This document shows, one piece after another, positions 1-13,890 of a DNA stretch of 64,000 nucleotides. Location: NCBI GenBank assembly GCA_963718525.1, contig OY970355.1, positions 2,400,001 through 2,464,000 on the forward strand, written 5' to 3'. The number at the start of each line of letters is the position of its first letter. Position 1 is the stretch's first letter. The DNA is from Candidatus Dormiibacterota bacterium (GTDB lineage: Bacteria > Chloroflexota > Dormibacteria > Aeolococcales > Aeolococcaceae). The translations under genes were made by a program, and so were the position numbers. The notes under the pieces were generated by a model, which saw only the letters and a program-made list of their open reading frames with translations, did not search any database and had not been told where the DNA came from.

Positions 1-613
1 AGCGGGCGTGGACAGGACGGGCGACGTCGAGTCCGATCATCACCGCGGGCCGGGGAGTACCGCGCTTGCGCGCGGCGATGACTGACCCCCCCTTTGCGTC
101 GAGAATCTCGAGGGCTCGGATCACCCGGCGTGGATTGCGCTGATCGATCTGGGGGGCACCGGCCGGGTCCCGCCGGCGCAGCTCGGCGGCGAGCGTCTCC
201 AGGCCCTCGGGGGTTGCAGCCAGCTCGGAACGGTCCGCGCGCCGCACCGGGTCCGGTGGCACCTGGGCGAGATCGAAGCCGTCGATCAGGGCGGTGACGT
301 AGAGGCCGGTCCCTCCGGCCACGACAGCCCGGGTCCCGGCGCGATCGAGCCGCTCCAGGCTGCGCCGCGCGGCCATGAGCCAATCGGCGACGGTGAACGT
401 CTCGCCGGGGTCGCAGAGATCCAGCAGATGGCAGCGCACGCCGTGCAACTCCGACGGCCTGGGCGCACAGGTGCCGACACGAAGCCCCCGGCGCACCTGT
501 CGCGAGTCCGCGTTGAGCATCTCCGCCGGAGCGAGCCGTTGAGCGGCTGCCACCGCGAGCGCCGTCTTGCCGGAGCAGGTTGGGCCGACGACAACCAGGA
601 GCGGGTGGCTCAC
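1..613 (-). CDS. miaA: tRNA dimethylallyltransferase (partial, runs off window start)
   Basis: Not in ORF track; manual translation from GTG 613 gives MSHPLLVVVGPTCSGKT...NADSRQV...GGTGLYV...NPRRVIRALE. GTGA overlap with the mutL stop. Confidence 0.93.
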   Translation of the reverse strand, partial: MSHPLLVVVGPTCSGKTALAVAAAQRLAPAEMLNADSRQVRRGLRVGTCAPRPSELHGVRCHLLDLCDPGETFTVADWLMAARRSLERLDRAGTRAVVAGGTGLYVTALIDGFDLAQVPPDPVRRADRSELAATPEGLETLAAELRRRDPAGAPQIDQRNPRRVIRALEILDAKGGSVIAARKRGTPRPAVMIGLDVARPVHAR

Positions 614-2354
614 CGCGACGGTCTCCGGAAGGCCCGGCGAAGCGTCGCGTCGTCGAGCACGACGACCGACGGACGCCCGTGCGGGCAGGTGGTGCCGCCG
701 GGGGTCGCCACCAGCTGGTTGAGCAGGCGCTGCTGGGCGACGATGTCGAGCCGGTCGCCGAAGCGAACCGCTGCATGGCATGCGACCAGTGCCGCGAGGC
801 GATGATGCCGCTCCTCGGTGCCTGCGTCGCGCTCGTCGATGCGGTCGATCAGCTCGGCGACCAATGCCTCGGGGTCTGCCCCCGCGGCCGCCAGCGGCAC
901 GGCGGTGCAGCGGACCGCCCCCGGGCCGAAGGGTTCGATGCTGAACCCGCACCGCGAGAAAAAGTCATGTTCGGCAGCAACTTGAGCGGCTCGAGCCGGT
1001 CCGCATTCCAGCACCACGGGCATCAGCAGCAGTTGCGAACCCGAAGCTTCCGGCGTGCTCTGACGCCAGCGCGCCAGCAGCTCCGTGTACAGGACCTTCT
1101 CGTGCGCGGCGTGAGGATCGACGAGGACCACCGCGTCGCCGGCTGTCGCGACGAGAAAGCCGCTGCCTGCCTGCCCGAGCGCATCCATCTGCAGGAGCGC
1201 CGTCGCATCGCCAGCGGCGCCGGCCGGTGTGGCGTTGCCTGGGGACCAACCGCCAGCGGGGTCCTGCGGCGGCGCGATGGGCCGGCCGATGATCGCCATG
1301 TCACCGTCACCCATTTCGAGCGGTCCGCTCCCGAATCCCCCCCGGAGGCGGTCTCCGCCAAGCGCAGGTGCCGCACGCAATGTGGCCCAGCACGCGCGCT
1401 GCACCGCGCTGAACACCGCACGGTCGTCGCTGAATCGCACCTCGCGCTTCGCCGGGTGCACGTTCACGTCGACGGCGCCTGCCGGCACGTCCACGGCCAC
1501 CACGCCATAGCCGTGGCGGCCGCCGGGGACGAGCCCTCGGTACAACTCATCAATCGCGGCGAGCAGCGCCCGATTGTGTACGAGGCGGCGGTTCACGATG
1601 AGCACGAGGCCGCCCCGGGTTGCGCGGTGTGCGTGCGGTGACGAGATCGCTCCGCCGACGGCGATGTCCCCGGGCGCGTCCACGTCGAGCAGGTCGCGCG
1701 CGGCGCGGGTGCCGATCACCGCACGCATCGCGTCGCGCAACGTCCCACCGGAGGTGCGCAGCACCACACGCGAGTCGTTGGTGCACGTGAACGCCACCTC
1801 GGGGTGCGTGATCGCGAGGTCGCCGGCGACCCGCACGGCAGCGCTCGCCTCGGTTGCCACCGAACGCAGGAACCGCAGGCGGGCCGGTGACGTGGCGAAC
1901 AGCTCGCAGACCTCCACACGTGTCCCGGGGGCGCTCGCCGCCGCGGTGCGGGCGAGCACGTCACCGTTGCGGAGGTGGAGCATGGCCCCACCGACGGTGT
2001 CTCGCGTGCGCGTGGTGAGGCGCAACTCCGCAACGGCAGCGATGCTCGCCAATGCCTCGCCGCGAAAGCCGAGGGTGCGCACATACGCGATGTCGTCGGC
2101 GACAGCGATCTTCGAGGTGGCGTGTCGCTCCACGGCGAGCTCCAGGTCGTCGCTCGCAATTCCCGCGCCGTCGTCGGTCACGGTGATGCGAACCAGTCCC
2201 CCGCCTTCGATGGTGATGTCGATCCGGCTCGCGCCGGCGTCGAGCGCGTTCTCCACGAGCTCCTTGAGCACCGACGCCGGCCGTTCGATGACCTCACCGG
2301 CGGCGATGGCGTCTGCGACAACCTGAGGGAGGCGGCGGATGGGTGCGACGGCAA

Positions 2355-2358
<4 letters not shown>
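610..2358 (-). CDS. mutL: DNA mismatch repair endonuclease MutL
   Basis: IAAGEVIERPASVLKELVENALDAG, GFRGEAL, VDVNVHPAKREVRF, C-terminal CHAAVR and CPHGRP. Confidence 0.97.
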
Positions 2359-6394
<4,036 letters not shown>

Positions 6395-6445
6395 CGTCGA
6401 AGCCTAGCAGTGTGCCCGGGCAGCCAATCGGCGCCCCCTGATGCG

Positions 6446-6706
6446 TTAGCGGACTTCGACGACCAAACGGATTCCGGTGCGTTCCTCACCGTCGATGGAG
6501 ATGTCGATGAAGGACGGAATGCAGACCAGGTCAAGCCCGCCGGGCGCCACGTAACCGCGCGAGATCGCGATCGCCTTGATCGCCTGGTTGATGGCCCCGG
6601 CGCCGATGGCCTGGACCTCGACCCGCTTCTGCGTGCGGACGACGCCGGCAATCGCACCGGCGACGGCGACTGGCTTGCTCGTTGCTGAGACTTTGAGAAT
6701 TTCCAA
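6446..6706 (-). CDS. spoVS: Stage V sporulation protein S family (SpoVS), 86 aa
   Basis: TTG start 6706: MEILKVSATSKPVAVAGAIAG...QAIGAGAINQAIKAIAISRG...DGEERTGIRLVV. Confidence 0.93.
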   Translation of the reverse strand: MEILKVSATSKPVAVAGAIAGVVRTQKRVEVQAIGAGAINQAIKAIAISRGYVAPGGLDLVCIPSFIDISIDGEERTGIRLVVEVR

Positions 6707-6818
6707 TGGGGGTGTCACCCCGGGGGCGTCATGTGAGGGCGGTGAGTAGGACGTGGTCATTATCGGCCGCGATTGTCGCCTCCCGCAGCGCAGCGCACGG
6801 GGCGGCGCGATGCAATCG

Positions 6819-8360
6819 TTACTTGGCGTACTCGACGCTGCGGGTTTCGCGCAGGACGACCACCTTGACGCGTCCGCTGTAGCTCCCCTCGCCGTGGAGA
6901 CGCTTTGCAATCTGGCGCGCCATGATCTGCGCCTCATCGTCGCTGATCTCGTCCGGCTTGACGAGAACGCGCAACTCCTTGCCCGCCAGCACGGCAAAGC
7001 TGCGCTCCACCCCGCGGAACTCGTTGGAGATCGCCTCGATGCGTTCGAGCCGTTTGATCGTCGAGGCGAGCGACTCCCTGCGGGCACCCGGTCGTGCAGC
7101 GCTGATCGCGTCCGCCGTCATGAGGATTGCCGCCGCAGGCGATCGCGGCTCCTCGTCGTAGTGATGCGAGCGCACCGCCTGAACGACTGCCGCCGGCCGC
7201 CCGAGCCGGGCGAGGATCTCGCCCCCGACGATCGCGTGAGGACCATCGACGTCATGCTCGACCGCCTTGCCGATGTCGTGGAAGAGCGCCGCCTCCTTGG
7301 CGATCTGCTCGTCGAAGCCGATCTCCGCGGCGATCATCCCGGCGAGCGCGGCGGTGTCCTGGCTGTGCGAGAGGACGTTGTGGCCGTACGAGTTCCGGTA
7401 GCGCAGCGTGCCCAGCAGCCTGGCGAGCTCGGGGTGGACGTTGGTGAGCCCGATGTCCTGGCACGCCTGCTCGCCCTCCTGCTTGATCTGTTGCGCGAGC
7501 TCGTTGCGAGCCTTGACCACCATCTCCTCGATGCGCGCGGGATGGATGCGTCCGTCGCTGAAGAGGCGTTCGAGCGTGGCCCGGGCGACCTCGCGTCGCA
7601 CCGGGTCGAAGGAGCTGAGCACGATCGCTTCGGGAGTGTCGTCGACGATCACGTCCACCCCGGTGGCCGCCTCGAGCGCGCGGATGTTCCGTCCCTCGCG
7701 GCCGATGATCCTCCCCTTGAGCTCATCCGAGGGCAGGTGAACCACCGTCACCGACGCCTCGCCGCTCTGCTCGGAAGCCTGGCGCTGCATGGCGGCGATG
7801 AGAATCTCGCGACTGCGCTCCGCCGCCTCCTCGCGCACCTGCACCTCGGCGTGCCGGATCCGCTCGGCGATCTCGGGAACCAGCTCGCCCTCGACACTCC
7901 GCACGACCTCGACCCGCGCCTCCTGCTCGGAGAGTGCCGCGACCCGCTCCAGTTCCCTGGTGATGAGCGCACGCTCATCCTCGACGGTCTGACGCAGCAC
8001 CTCGAGCTCCGCCTCGCGGCGGGTCAGCCGCTGCTCGTTGGAGTCGAGCTCGCGGAGCCGGCGCTCGAGCCCCTCCTCGCGCTGGTTGGTGCGTTGCTCG
8101 AGCCGCGCGATCTCCGCCCGGCGGTCGCGAACCTCTGCTTCGGCCTCGTCGCGCCGGCGGGCCGCCTCCTCCTTCGCGGCCAGCAGCACCGACTTCGCTT
8201 CCTGCTCGGTTGCTCGAACCTGTTCGAGACGGCGCTCAGCATCAGCGTCGTGCGTGACGCGGCTCTGCGCCACCGATTTGCGTGCGTAGAGGAGTGCTGC
8301 AACCGCAAACGCGGCCGCAACAATCACCAGCCCTACCAGGGCGAGGATCTCGATGCCGAT
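6819..8360 (-). CDS. rny: Ribonuclease Y (start probably ATC at 8360; first canonical GTG at 8327)
   Basis: N-terminal TM helix, coiled coil, KH (KGRIIGREGRNIR), HD (FHDIGK), ADAISAARPGARRE. Confidence 0.95.
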   Translation of the reverse strand: MGIEILALVGLVIVAAAFAVAALLYARKSVAQSRVTHDADAERRLEQVRATEQEAKSVLLAAKEEAARRRDEAEAEVRDRRAEIARLEQRTNQREEGLERRLRELDSNEQRLTRREAELEVLRQTVEDERALITRELERVAALSEQEARVEVVRSVEGELVPEIAERIRHAEVQVREEAAERSREILIAAMQRQASEQSGEASVTVVHLPSDELKGRIIGREGRNIRALEAATGVDVIVDDTPEAIVLSSFDPVRREVARATLERLFSDGRIHPARIEEMVVKARNELAQQIKQEGEQACQDIGLTNVHPELARLLGTLRYRNSYGHNVLSHSQDTAALAGMIAAEIGFDEQIAKEAALFHDIGKAVEHDVDGPHAIVGGEILARLGRPAAVVQAVRSHHYDEEPRSPAAAILMTADAISAARPGARRESLASTIKRLERIEAISNEFRGVERSFAVLAGKELRVLVKPDEISDDEAQIMARQIAKRLHGEGSYSGRVKVVVLRETRSVEYAK

Positions 8361-8508
8361 GGGATGGAACCTCGGAGGTCGGGCGCGGTGCGCCCTGCTT
8401 GAAATGCCTCACGTCGGGAAGGGGACCGGGGCGAGACCCACAACGTCTCGAGAATCCGGTCGGGGCCGGCCCGCTTCTGGCCGGTCGTTCACGACGGAAG
8501 ACACTCCC

Positions 8509-8514
8509 ATTGTA
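8509..8514 (-). promoter_or_regulatory. Putative -10 element TACAAT for rny
   Basis: TACAAT on the minus strand ~150 nt upstream of rny, followed by a hairpin-rich leader; -35 weak. Confidence 0.45.
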
Positions 8515-8576
8515 CGAGCCAAAACGGCTTACTCGCATGCTTCGATCAATGACACGTGGCGGGCTACCCTAGACAC

Positions 8577-9863
8577 ATGGCTGATACGGAGGTCGCCAGC
8601 TTGGTCGAGGCGTCTGGCGATGATGAGCTGCGCAATACCGCTCCGCGAGCGATTGGAGCGTTGCTTATCGCCACCGGCCTGCTCCGGGTGGGATCGGTGG
8701 GAGTGGGTGTGGCGGTCCAGTTCCGGCTCAGTGACCTGTCGGGTGGGAGACCGAGCGCGGTCAATATCGGCTTGGTTGGTGCAGCTCAGGCAGCGACCGA
8801 GATGGTGTTCGCGCCGATCCTGGCGCGCTACGCGGATCGATTCGGCCGCCGGCGGTTCCTGGTGGCCGGTCCGATTGTTTGCGTCGTGGCCGTGCTCCTG
8901 GTCGCGCTCGGCGTGCGTCCGGCTGAGCTGGGCGGGGCACGGCTTCTCGAGGGCCTCGGCGCCGCTGCCTTCGTGCCGGTCGCGTTGGGCACGATCGCCG
9001 CCGCCACCTCGGCCGATCGCAAGCGTCGCGCAGGAGCCAGCGGCGCCTTCGAAGCCTCGACGCTGATCGGCTACGCGGGCGGGTTCGGGCTGGGCTCAGT
9101 CGCGTACTTCGGGTTGCATCGCTGGGCCTTCGTCCTGCTCGCCGGCCTGTATGCCTGCGCAGCAATCGTCTGCCTGCTCTTCGTGCCGCGCGTCCCCCCG
9201 CTGCCGGTGCACTCCCTGCGTGTGGTCCTCCGGGCCGCGGTCGGGCCGGGGCCGATGCGGACGTTCCTCCCGGCGTGGATCATGTCGTTCGCGCTCATCG
9301 GAGCGTTCGTTGCCAACCTGCCCTCGCTGCTGCGCCACCAGGCGGTCGCCTCACAGTCATTGATGCATCACTTCGATGTGCGCGTGATCGGCCTGTTCCT
9401 GATCGGCTGGGTCGCGGTGTTCCTGGTCGGCATCATCCTGTGGACGCCCTCGGTCGCCCGCCTCGGTCCGGCAATCGTGATGCGGCGAGCAGTGCCGGGA
9501 GCCTGGCTCACCATGGTTGCGCTGCTTGCGATCAACCATCTGCACTCAGTCGGCATCGTGCTGGTCGTGCCGTTCCTGGTGCTCGGCATCCTCTGGCTCG
9601 CAGGTTTCGGTCCGGCCGCGGTGACCTACCTCGCCGATTGCTCGGAGAGTCTGAGCGCGGATCGCTCGGCGCTCATGTCCTTCTATACCGTGGCGCTCGC
9701 GGGCGGCGGTGCGCTCGGAGCAGTGATCGGTGGTTTTGCCGCGCACCTGCTCTACGTCGACGGTCTGGTCATCCTGGGGCTCCTGCTTGCGACCGCGACG
9801 TTCTTCACGCTCGGCCCGGTGGTGCGCTTCGCGCGTATCGCCAACGGCGCGGCTGGCGCCTGA
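8577..9863 (+). CDS. MFS transporter
   Basis: About 12 hydrophobic segments, motif A (ARYADRFGRRR), ARLLEGLG. Confidence 0.88.
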   Translation: MADTEVASLVEASGDDELRNTAPRAIGALLIATGLLRVGSVGVGVAVQFRLSDLSGGRPSAVNIGLVGAAQAATEMVFAPILARYADRFGRRRFLVAGPIVCVVAVLLVALGVRPAELGGARLLEGLGAAAFVPVALGTIAAATSADRKRRAGASGAFEASTLIGYAGGFGLGSVAYFGLHRWAFVLLAGLYACAAIVCLLFVPRVPPLPVHSLRVVLRAAVGPGPMRTFLPAWIMSFALIGAFVANLPSLLRHQAVASQSLMHHFDVRVIGLFLIGWVAVFLVGIILWTPSVARLGPAIVMRRAVPGAWLTMVALLAINHLHSVGIVLVVPFLVLGILWLAGFGPAAVTYLADCSESLSADRSALMSFYTVALAGGGALGAVIGGFAAHLLYVDGLVILGLLLATATFFTLGPVVRFARIANGAAGA

Positions 9864-9872
9864 TCCCGGCCG

Positions 9873-10844
9873 CTACCAGGCCCAGACCTCCGGAGCCGGC
9901 CCCGGACCGGGGAAGATCGTGTCCAGCTGCTCGAGAGTTGCATCATCGAGGTCGACCTCCAGCGCATGCAGGTTGCTCTGGAACTGTTCGACGGTCCGTG
10001 GCCCCACGATCGGTCCGGTGACGCCAGGCCGGCGGAGCAGCCATGCGAGCGCAACCGCCGAAGGATGCTCGCCGATCTGCGCGCAGAGCGCCTCGTAGCG
10101 CTCGATCTTCTCGCGGTGCTTGGTGAGCAGGTTTTGCGTGGTCTCCGACGCGGAGCGTCCGGTGTCGCGCTGCTTGGCCAGGATGCCGCCGAGCAGACCG
10201 CGCATCAACGGGCTCCAGGCGATGATGCCGACCCCATAGTGCTGGGCGGCCGGCACCACCTCCTCCTCCGCGTGGCGCTCGACGAGGTTGTACAGGCACT
10301 GCTCGCTCACGAGCCCGAGGAAGTGACGGGATCGAGCCACCTCCTGAGCCTGCGCGATCGTCCAGCCCGCGAAGTTCGATGAGCCGACATAGATGATCTT
10401 GCCCTGCCGGACGAGCACCTCCATCGCCTCCCAGATCTCGTCGAACGGCGTGCTCCTGTCGACGTGGTGCATCTGGTACAGGTCGATGTGATCGGTCTGC
10501 AGGCGGCGCAGCGATGCTTCGCACGCGTTCCGGATGTTGCGGGCGGACAGGAACGTGTCGTTGGGCCAGTCGCTCATCGATCCGTAGAGCTTGGTGGCGA
10601 TGACGACCTTCTCGCGACGTCCGCCACCCTGCGCGAACCACCTGCCGACGATCTGCTCGGTGATCCCTTCGCCCTTCTTCCAGCCGTAGACGTTGGCGGT
10701 GTCGAAGAAGTTGAGTTCCGCGTCGAGTGCGGCGTCCATGATCTGGTGCGAGGTGGCTTCGTCCGTCTCCGGGCCGAAGTTCATGGTGCCGAGGCACAGC
10801 CGGCTGACAGAGAGGCCGGAACGGCCGAGATGTGTGTATTCCAT
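9873..10844 (-). CDS. Aldo/keto reductase
   Basis: VSRLCLGTMNFG, FDTANVYG, SLRRLQTDHIDLYQMH, GSSNF, WSPL. Confidence 0.95.
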   Translation of the reverse strand: MEYTHLGRSGLSVSRLCLGTMNFGPETDEATSHQIMDAALDAELNFFDTANVYGWKKGEGITEQIVGRWFAQGGGRREKVVIATKLYGSMSDWPNDTFLSARNIRNACEASLRRLQTDHIDLYQMHHVDRSTPFDEIWEAMEVLVRQGKIIYVGSSNFAGWTIAQAQEVARSRHFLGLVSEQCLYNLVERHAEEEVVPAAQHYGVGIIAWSPLMRGLLGGILAKQRDTGRSASETTQNLLTKHREKIERYEALCAQIGEHPSAVALAWLLRRPGVTGPIVGPRTVEQFQSNLHALEVDLDDATLEQLDTIFPGPGPAPEVWAW

Positions 10845-10860
10845 CCGGCGAGTTTGACAG

Positions 10861-11343
10861 TCAGGTCAATCCACGCATCACCCGGAAGACCAGCGATGAC
10901 GAGAAACCCCGACGCTGGAGCGCACCTGCGACGCGCATGCGCGCCCGTTCATCGTGCGCACCCGATGTGCCCGCGCGCTCCCAGAGTTGCTGTGCCACCG
11001 CCAGCGCTGCGGCCTCTTCGGTATCGCTCTGGCCGTCGAGCGCCTCGCTGATGAGCTGGGTGGAGACGCCCTTCGCCTTGAGGTCGGCGGCGACGCGGGC
11101 CCGACCGTGACCGGCGCGGCGATGCCGTGCAGCGACCGATGCCGCCATCGCGGCGTCATCCACGTAGCCGGACGTTGCACACCGCCCCACCGCCTCTGCG
11201 GCCGCCTCGGCGGTGTAGCCCCGTCGCTCCAGCTTTCGCTGCAGCGCTGCCGCGGACTGGCCAGCTCCGCGGAGGATGCGGAAGGCTGCATCCTCCGCGG
11301 CGTCAGCACTGTCCGGCGCCGCGGGCGGTGTCGGCTCCCTCAC
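10861..11343 (-). CDS. recX: Regulatory protein RecX
   Basis: Directly downstream of recA; GYVDDAAMA, GRARVAADLKAKGV, LQRRGF. Confidence 0.88.
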   Translation of the reverse strand: MREPTPPAAPDSADAAEDAAFRILRGAGQSAAALQRKLERRGYTAEAAAEAVGRCATSGYVDDAAMAASVAARHRRAGHGRARVAADLKAKGVSTQLISEALDGQSDTEEAAALAVAQQLWERAGTSGAHDERARMRVAGALQRRGFSSSLVFRVMRGLT

Positions 11344-11354
11344 GGGTGGCGGGC

Positions 11355-12420
11355 TCAGCCGGGCGAGACGATCGGTGCGGAGATCGGCGGTGCTTCGCCG
11401 TTCAGCTCGACGATGGCGTCGTGCAGCACCGGTTCCGGCAGAGCCGCGATGCGCACCTTCGCCGCCACCTCCTCGAGGAGATCGGGATTCTGACGCAGGA
11501 AGTCGCGGACGTTCTCGCGACCCTGGCCGAGGCGCATGTCCCCATAGGAGAACCAGGCACCGCTCTTGTCGATGATGTGTGCATCGATTCCCATGTCGAG
11601 GACGCTCCCGGCGTATGAGATGCCTTCGTTATAGAGGATGTCGAATTCCGCGGAGCGGAACGGTGGCGCCACCTTGTTCTTGACAACCTTGACTTTGACC
11701 CGGCTGCCGACGACGTCGAGCCCCTGCTTGATCGAGTTGATCTTGCGGATGTCCAGACGCACCGAGGCGTAGAACTTCAGCGCGCGACCACCGGTGGTCA
11801 CCTCGGGGTTGCCGAACATGACGCCGATCTTCTCGCGCAGCTGGTTGATGAAGATGACCGACGTGTTGGAGCGGCTGATGGCGGAGGTGAGCTTGCGCAT
11901 CGCCTGGGACATCAGCCGGGCCTGCAGACCGACGTGGCTGTCCCCCATCTCACCATCGATTTCGGCCTTCGGGACCAGTGCGGCAACCGAGTTGATCACG
12001 ACCACGTCGACAGCACCGCTGCGCACGAGCACCTCGACGATCTCGAGAGCCTGTTCACCCGTATCCGGCTGCGAGATCAGCAGTTCCTCGGTGTTCACGC
12101 CGATGCGAGCGGCGTACTGCGGGTCGAGCGCGTGCTCGGCGTCGATGAACGCTGCCACGCCGCCACGGCGCTGGGCCTGGGCGATGATGTGCAGCGTCAG
12201 CGTCGTCTTTCCCGATGAACTCGGGGCCGTAGACCTCGACGATGCGGCCGCGCGGGATGCCGCCGACCCCGAGCGCGATGTCCAGCGTCAGTGCGCCCGT
12301 CGGGATGATGTCGATGTGCTGAGCATGAACGTCGCCGAGACGCATGATCGCTCCCTTTCCATGGGCTCGTTCGATCTGCCCGAGGGCCGTCTGCAATGCC
12401 CGATCCCGCTCAGTCGTCAC
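11355..12420 (-). CDS. recA: Recombinase RecA, with a +1 frameshift at 12218-12219 in this sequence (probably an artefact)
   Basis: GTG 12420 after GAGGAG. N-part ...[15 protein letters not shown] joins ...SGKTTLTLH...[10 protein letters not shown]...[10 protein letters not shown]...[10 protein letters not shown] if one base is removed. Confidence 0.95.
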
Positions 12421-12493
12421 CGGCTCACTCCTCTCGTCACGGGGCGCTCGAGCACGCCGCCCGCTCACTTCTACGACCGGCTCGACAGCATCG

Positions 12494-12522
12494 ATGGTAC
12501 GACTTGCCAGTGTGTTCGTCAA
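12494..12522 (-). promoter_or_regulatory. recA proximal sigma70-type promoter TTGACG-17-TACCAT
   Basis: -35 at 12517-12522, -10 at 12494-12499, 17-nt spacer. Confidence 0.6.
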
Positions 12523-12619
12523 AGCTGTACTCCAAGGGTTGGTGGAATTGATTGGAGATGCGGCTGGGATGCCGTAGGGGCGTCGCGACGGGCGGCGCGT
12601 CCGGGCTCACCCGGTGGGG

Positions 12620-12659
12620 CGAACATTTGTACTGTACTCCCTTCGCTGGGACGTGGCAA
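12620..12659 (-). promoter_or_regulatory. recA distal promoter TTGCCA-17-TACAGT with overlapping LexA-type box CGAACATTTGTACT
   Basis: -35 12654-12659, -10 12631-12636, box 12620-12633 (GAAC-N4-GTAC variant of GAAC-N4-GTTC). Confidence 0.7.
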
Positions 12660-12702
12660 GCCCGAAACCCGGACCCGGCCAACGGCCTCCCGGAGGTGCT
12701 CG

Positions 12703-13263
12703 TCACGGCGCCCCACCAGGACCCGGGTCATAGCTCGCGCCGACCACCTCGGCGCAGATGCGAAGCGCGGCCTGGACCGCGTGCGCCCGGTTCAGCTCGC
12801 GTCCATGGTCGTCGGCAAGCCGGATCACCCGGACCGCGACGGGATCGGCGACGGCGATGAATACCAACCCTGGCGGCTTCTGCTCGCTCGCGTCCGGGCC
12901 GGCCACGCCGGTGATGCCGACGCCCAGGGTCGCCTCGTAGCGGGCCCGTACCCCCGATGCCATGGCGGCGGCGACCTCGGGGCTCACCGCCCCGTGGGTC
13001 GCGAGCAGGTGCCGGCCGACGCCGAGGTGCTCGGCCTTGACGTCATCCGCGTATGCGATCACCCCGCCTCGGACGTAGGCCGACGAACCGGCGGCGGCGG
13101 TGAGCACCGCGCCGAGCAGGCCGCCGGTGCAGGATTCCGCGACCGCGATGGTCAGTCCCGCTCTGGCCAGGGCTCGCCCCAACCAGGCTGACTCGGGAAA
13201 TGCGGTCTCGAGAACGGGCAGCCTGTCGTCGGCGGAGGCCGTCGGCGCCTGCGGCTCGGTCAT
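12703..13263 (-). CDS. CinA C-terminal domain / NMN amidohydrolase (PncC-like)
   Basis: AVAESCTGG, GSSAYVRGG, GAVSPEVA, GITGVAGP; upstream of recA. Start could be GTG 13287. Confidence 0.88.
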   Translation of the reverse strand: MTEPQAPTASADDRLPVLETAFPESAWLGRALARAGLTIAVAESCTGGLLGAVLTAAAGSSAYVRGGVIAYADDVKAEHLGVGRHLLATHGAVSPEVAAAMASGVRARYEATLGVGITGVAGPDASEQKPPGLVFIAVADPVAVRVIRLADDHGRELNRAHAVQAALRICAEVVGASYDPGPGGAP

Positions 13264-13317
13264 CCGGTCAGCCGGAGATGCCGCCACTGAGCGATACGCA
13301 GTCCAGGCGGCGCCCCG

Positions 13318-13809
13318 TCACCGGTAGTTGGTGAACTGCAGGGGGACGTCGACATCGCTGTCGCGCAGCTGCTGGATCACCGCCTGAAGCTCGTCCTTGT
13401 CCTTGCTCGACACCCGCAGCTGGTCACCCTGAGTGCGCACCTGCGCCTTGGGGTGCTCAGCGCGGATCCGCTTGGTCAGGTCCCGGGCGAGCTCCTCACT
13501 GATGCCCTTGCGCAGCTTGACGACCTGGCGGACGTTGCCCTTGGCTGCCGCCTCGGGCTTCTGCGGATCCAGCACCTTGAGGTCGATGCCGCGGCGGTGC
13601 GCCTTGCTCTGGAGGACGTCGATGATCGATTTGAGCTGGGAGTCGGTGCCGGTGAGCAGCGTGATCGTCTCGTCCTCGAGCGTGATCTCGACGGTGATCC
13701 CTTTGAAGTCGTACCTGGTCGTGATCTCCCGTCGGGTCTGGTCCACCGCGTTGACCAACTCCTGACGGTCGAATTCACTGACGACGTCGAAGCTGTGGTC
13801 CTGAGGCAT
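13318..13809 (-). CDS. yajQ: YajQ family nucleotide/cyclic di-GMP-binding protein
   Basis: SFDVVSE, NAVDQ, RYDFKG, QGDQLRVS, PLQFTNYR. Confidence 0.95.
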   Translation of the reverse strand: MPQDHSFDVVSEFDRQELVNAVDQTRREITTRYDFKGITVEITLEDETITLLTGTDSQLKSIIDVLQSKAHRRGIDLKVLDPQKPEAAAKGNVRQVVKLRKGISEELARDLTKRIRAEHPKAQVRTQGDQLRVSSKDKDELQAVIQQLRDSDVDVPLQFTNYR

Positions 13810-13890
13810 GACTGATGAGGATAGCGATCCGTGTCGCGGCGCAGCGGCCGAGCAGACGGTGTCGCGGCGGCCGACGCCCAGGCGGCAGCG

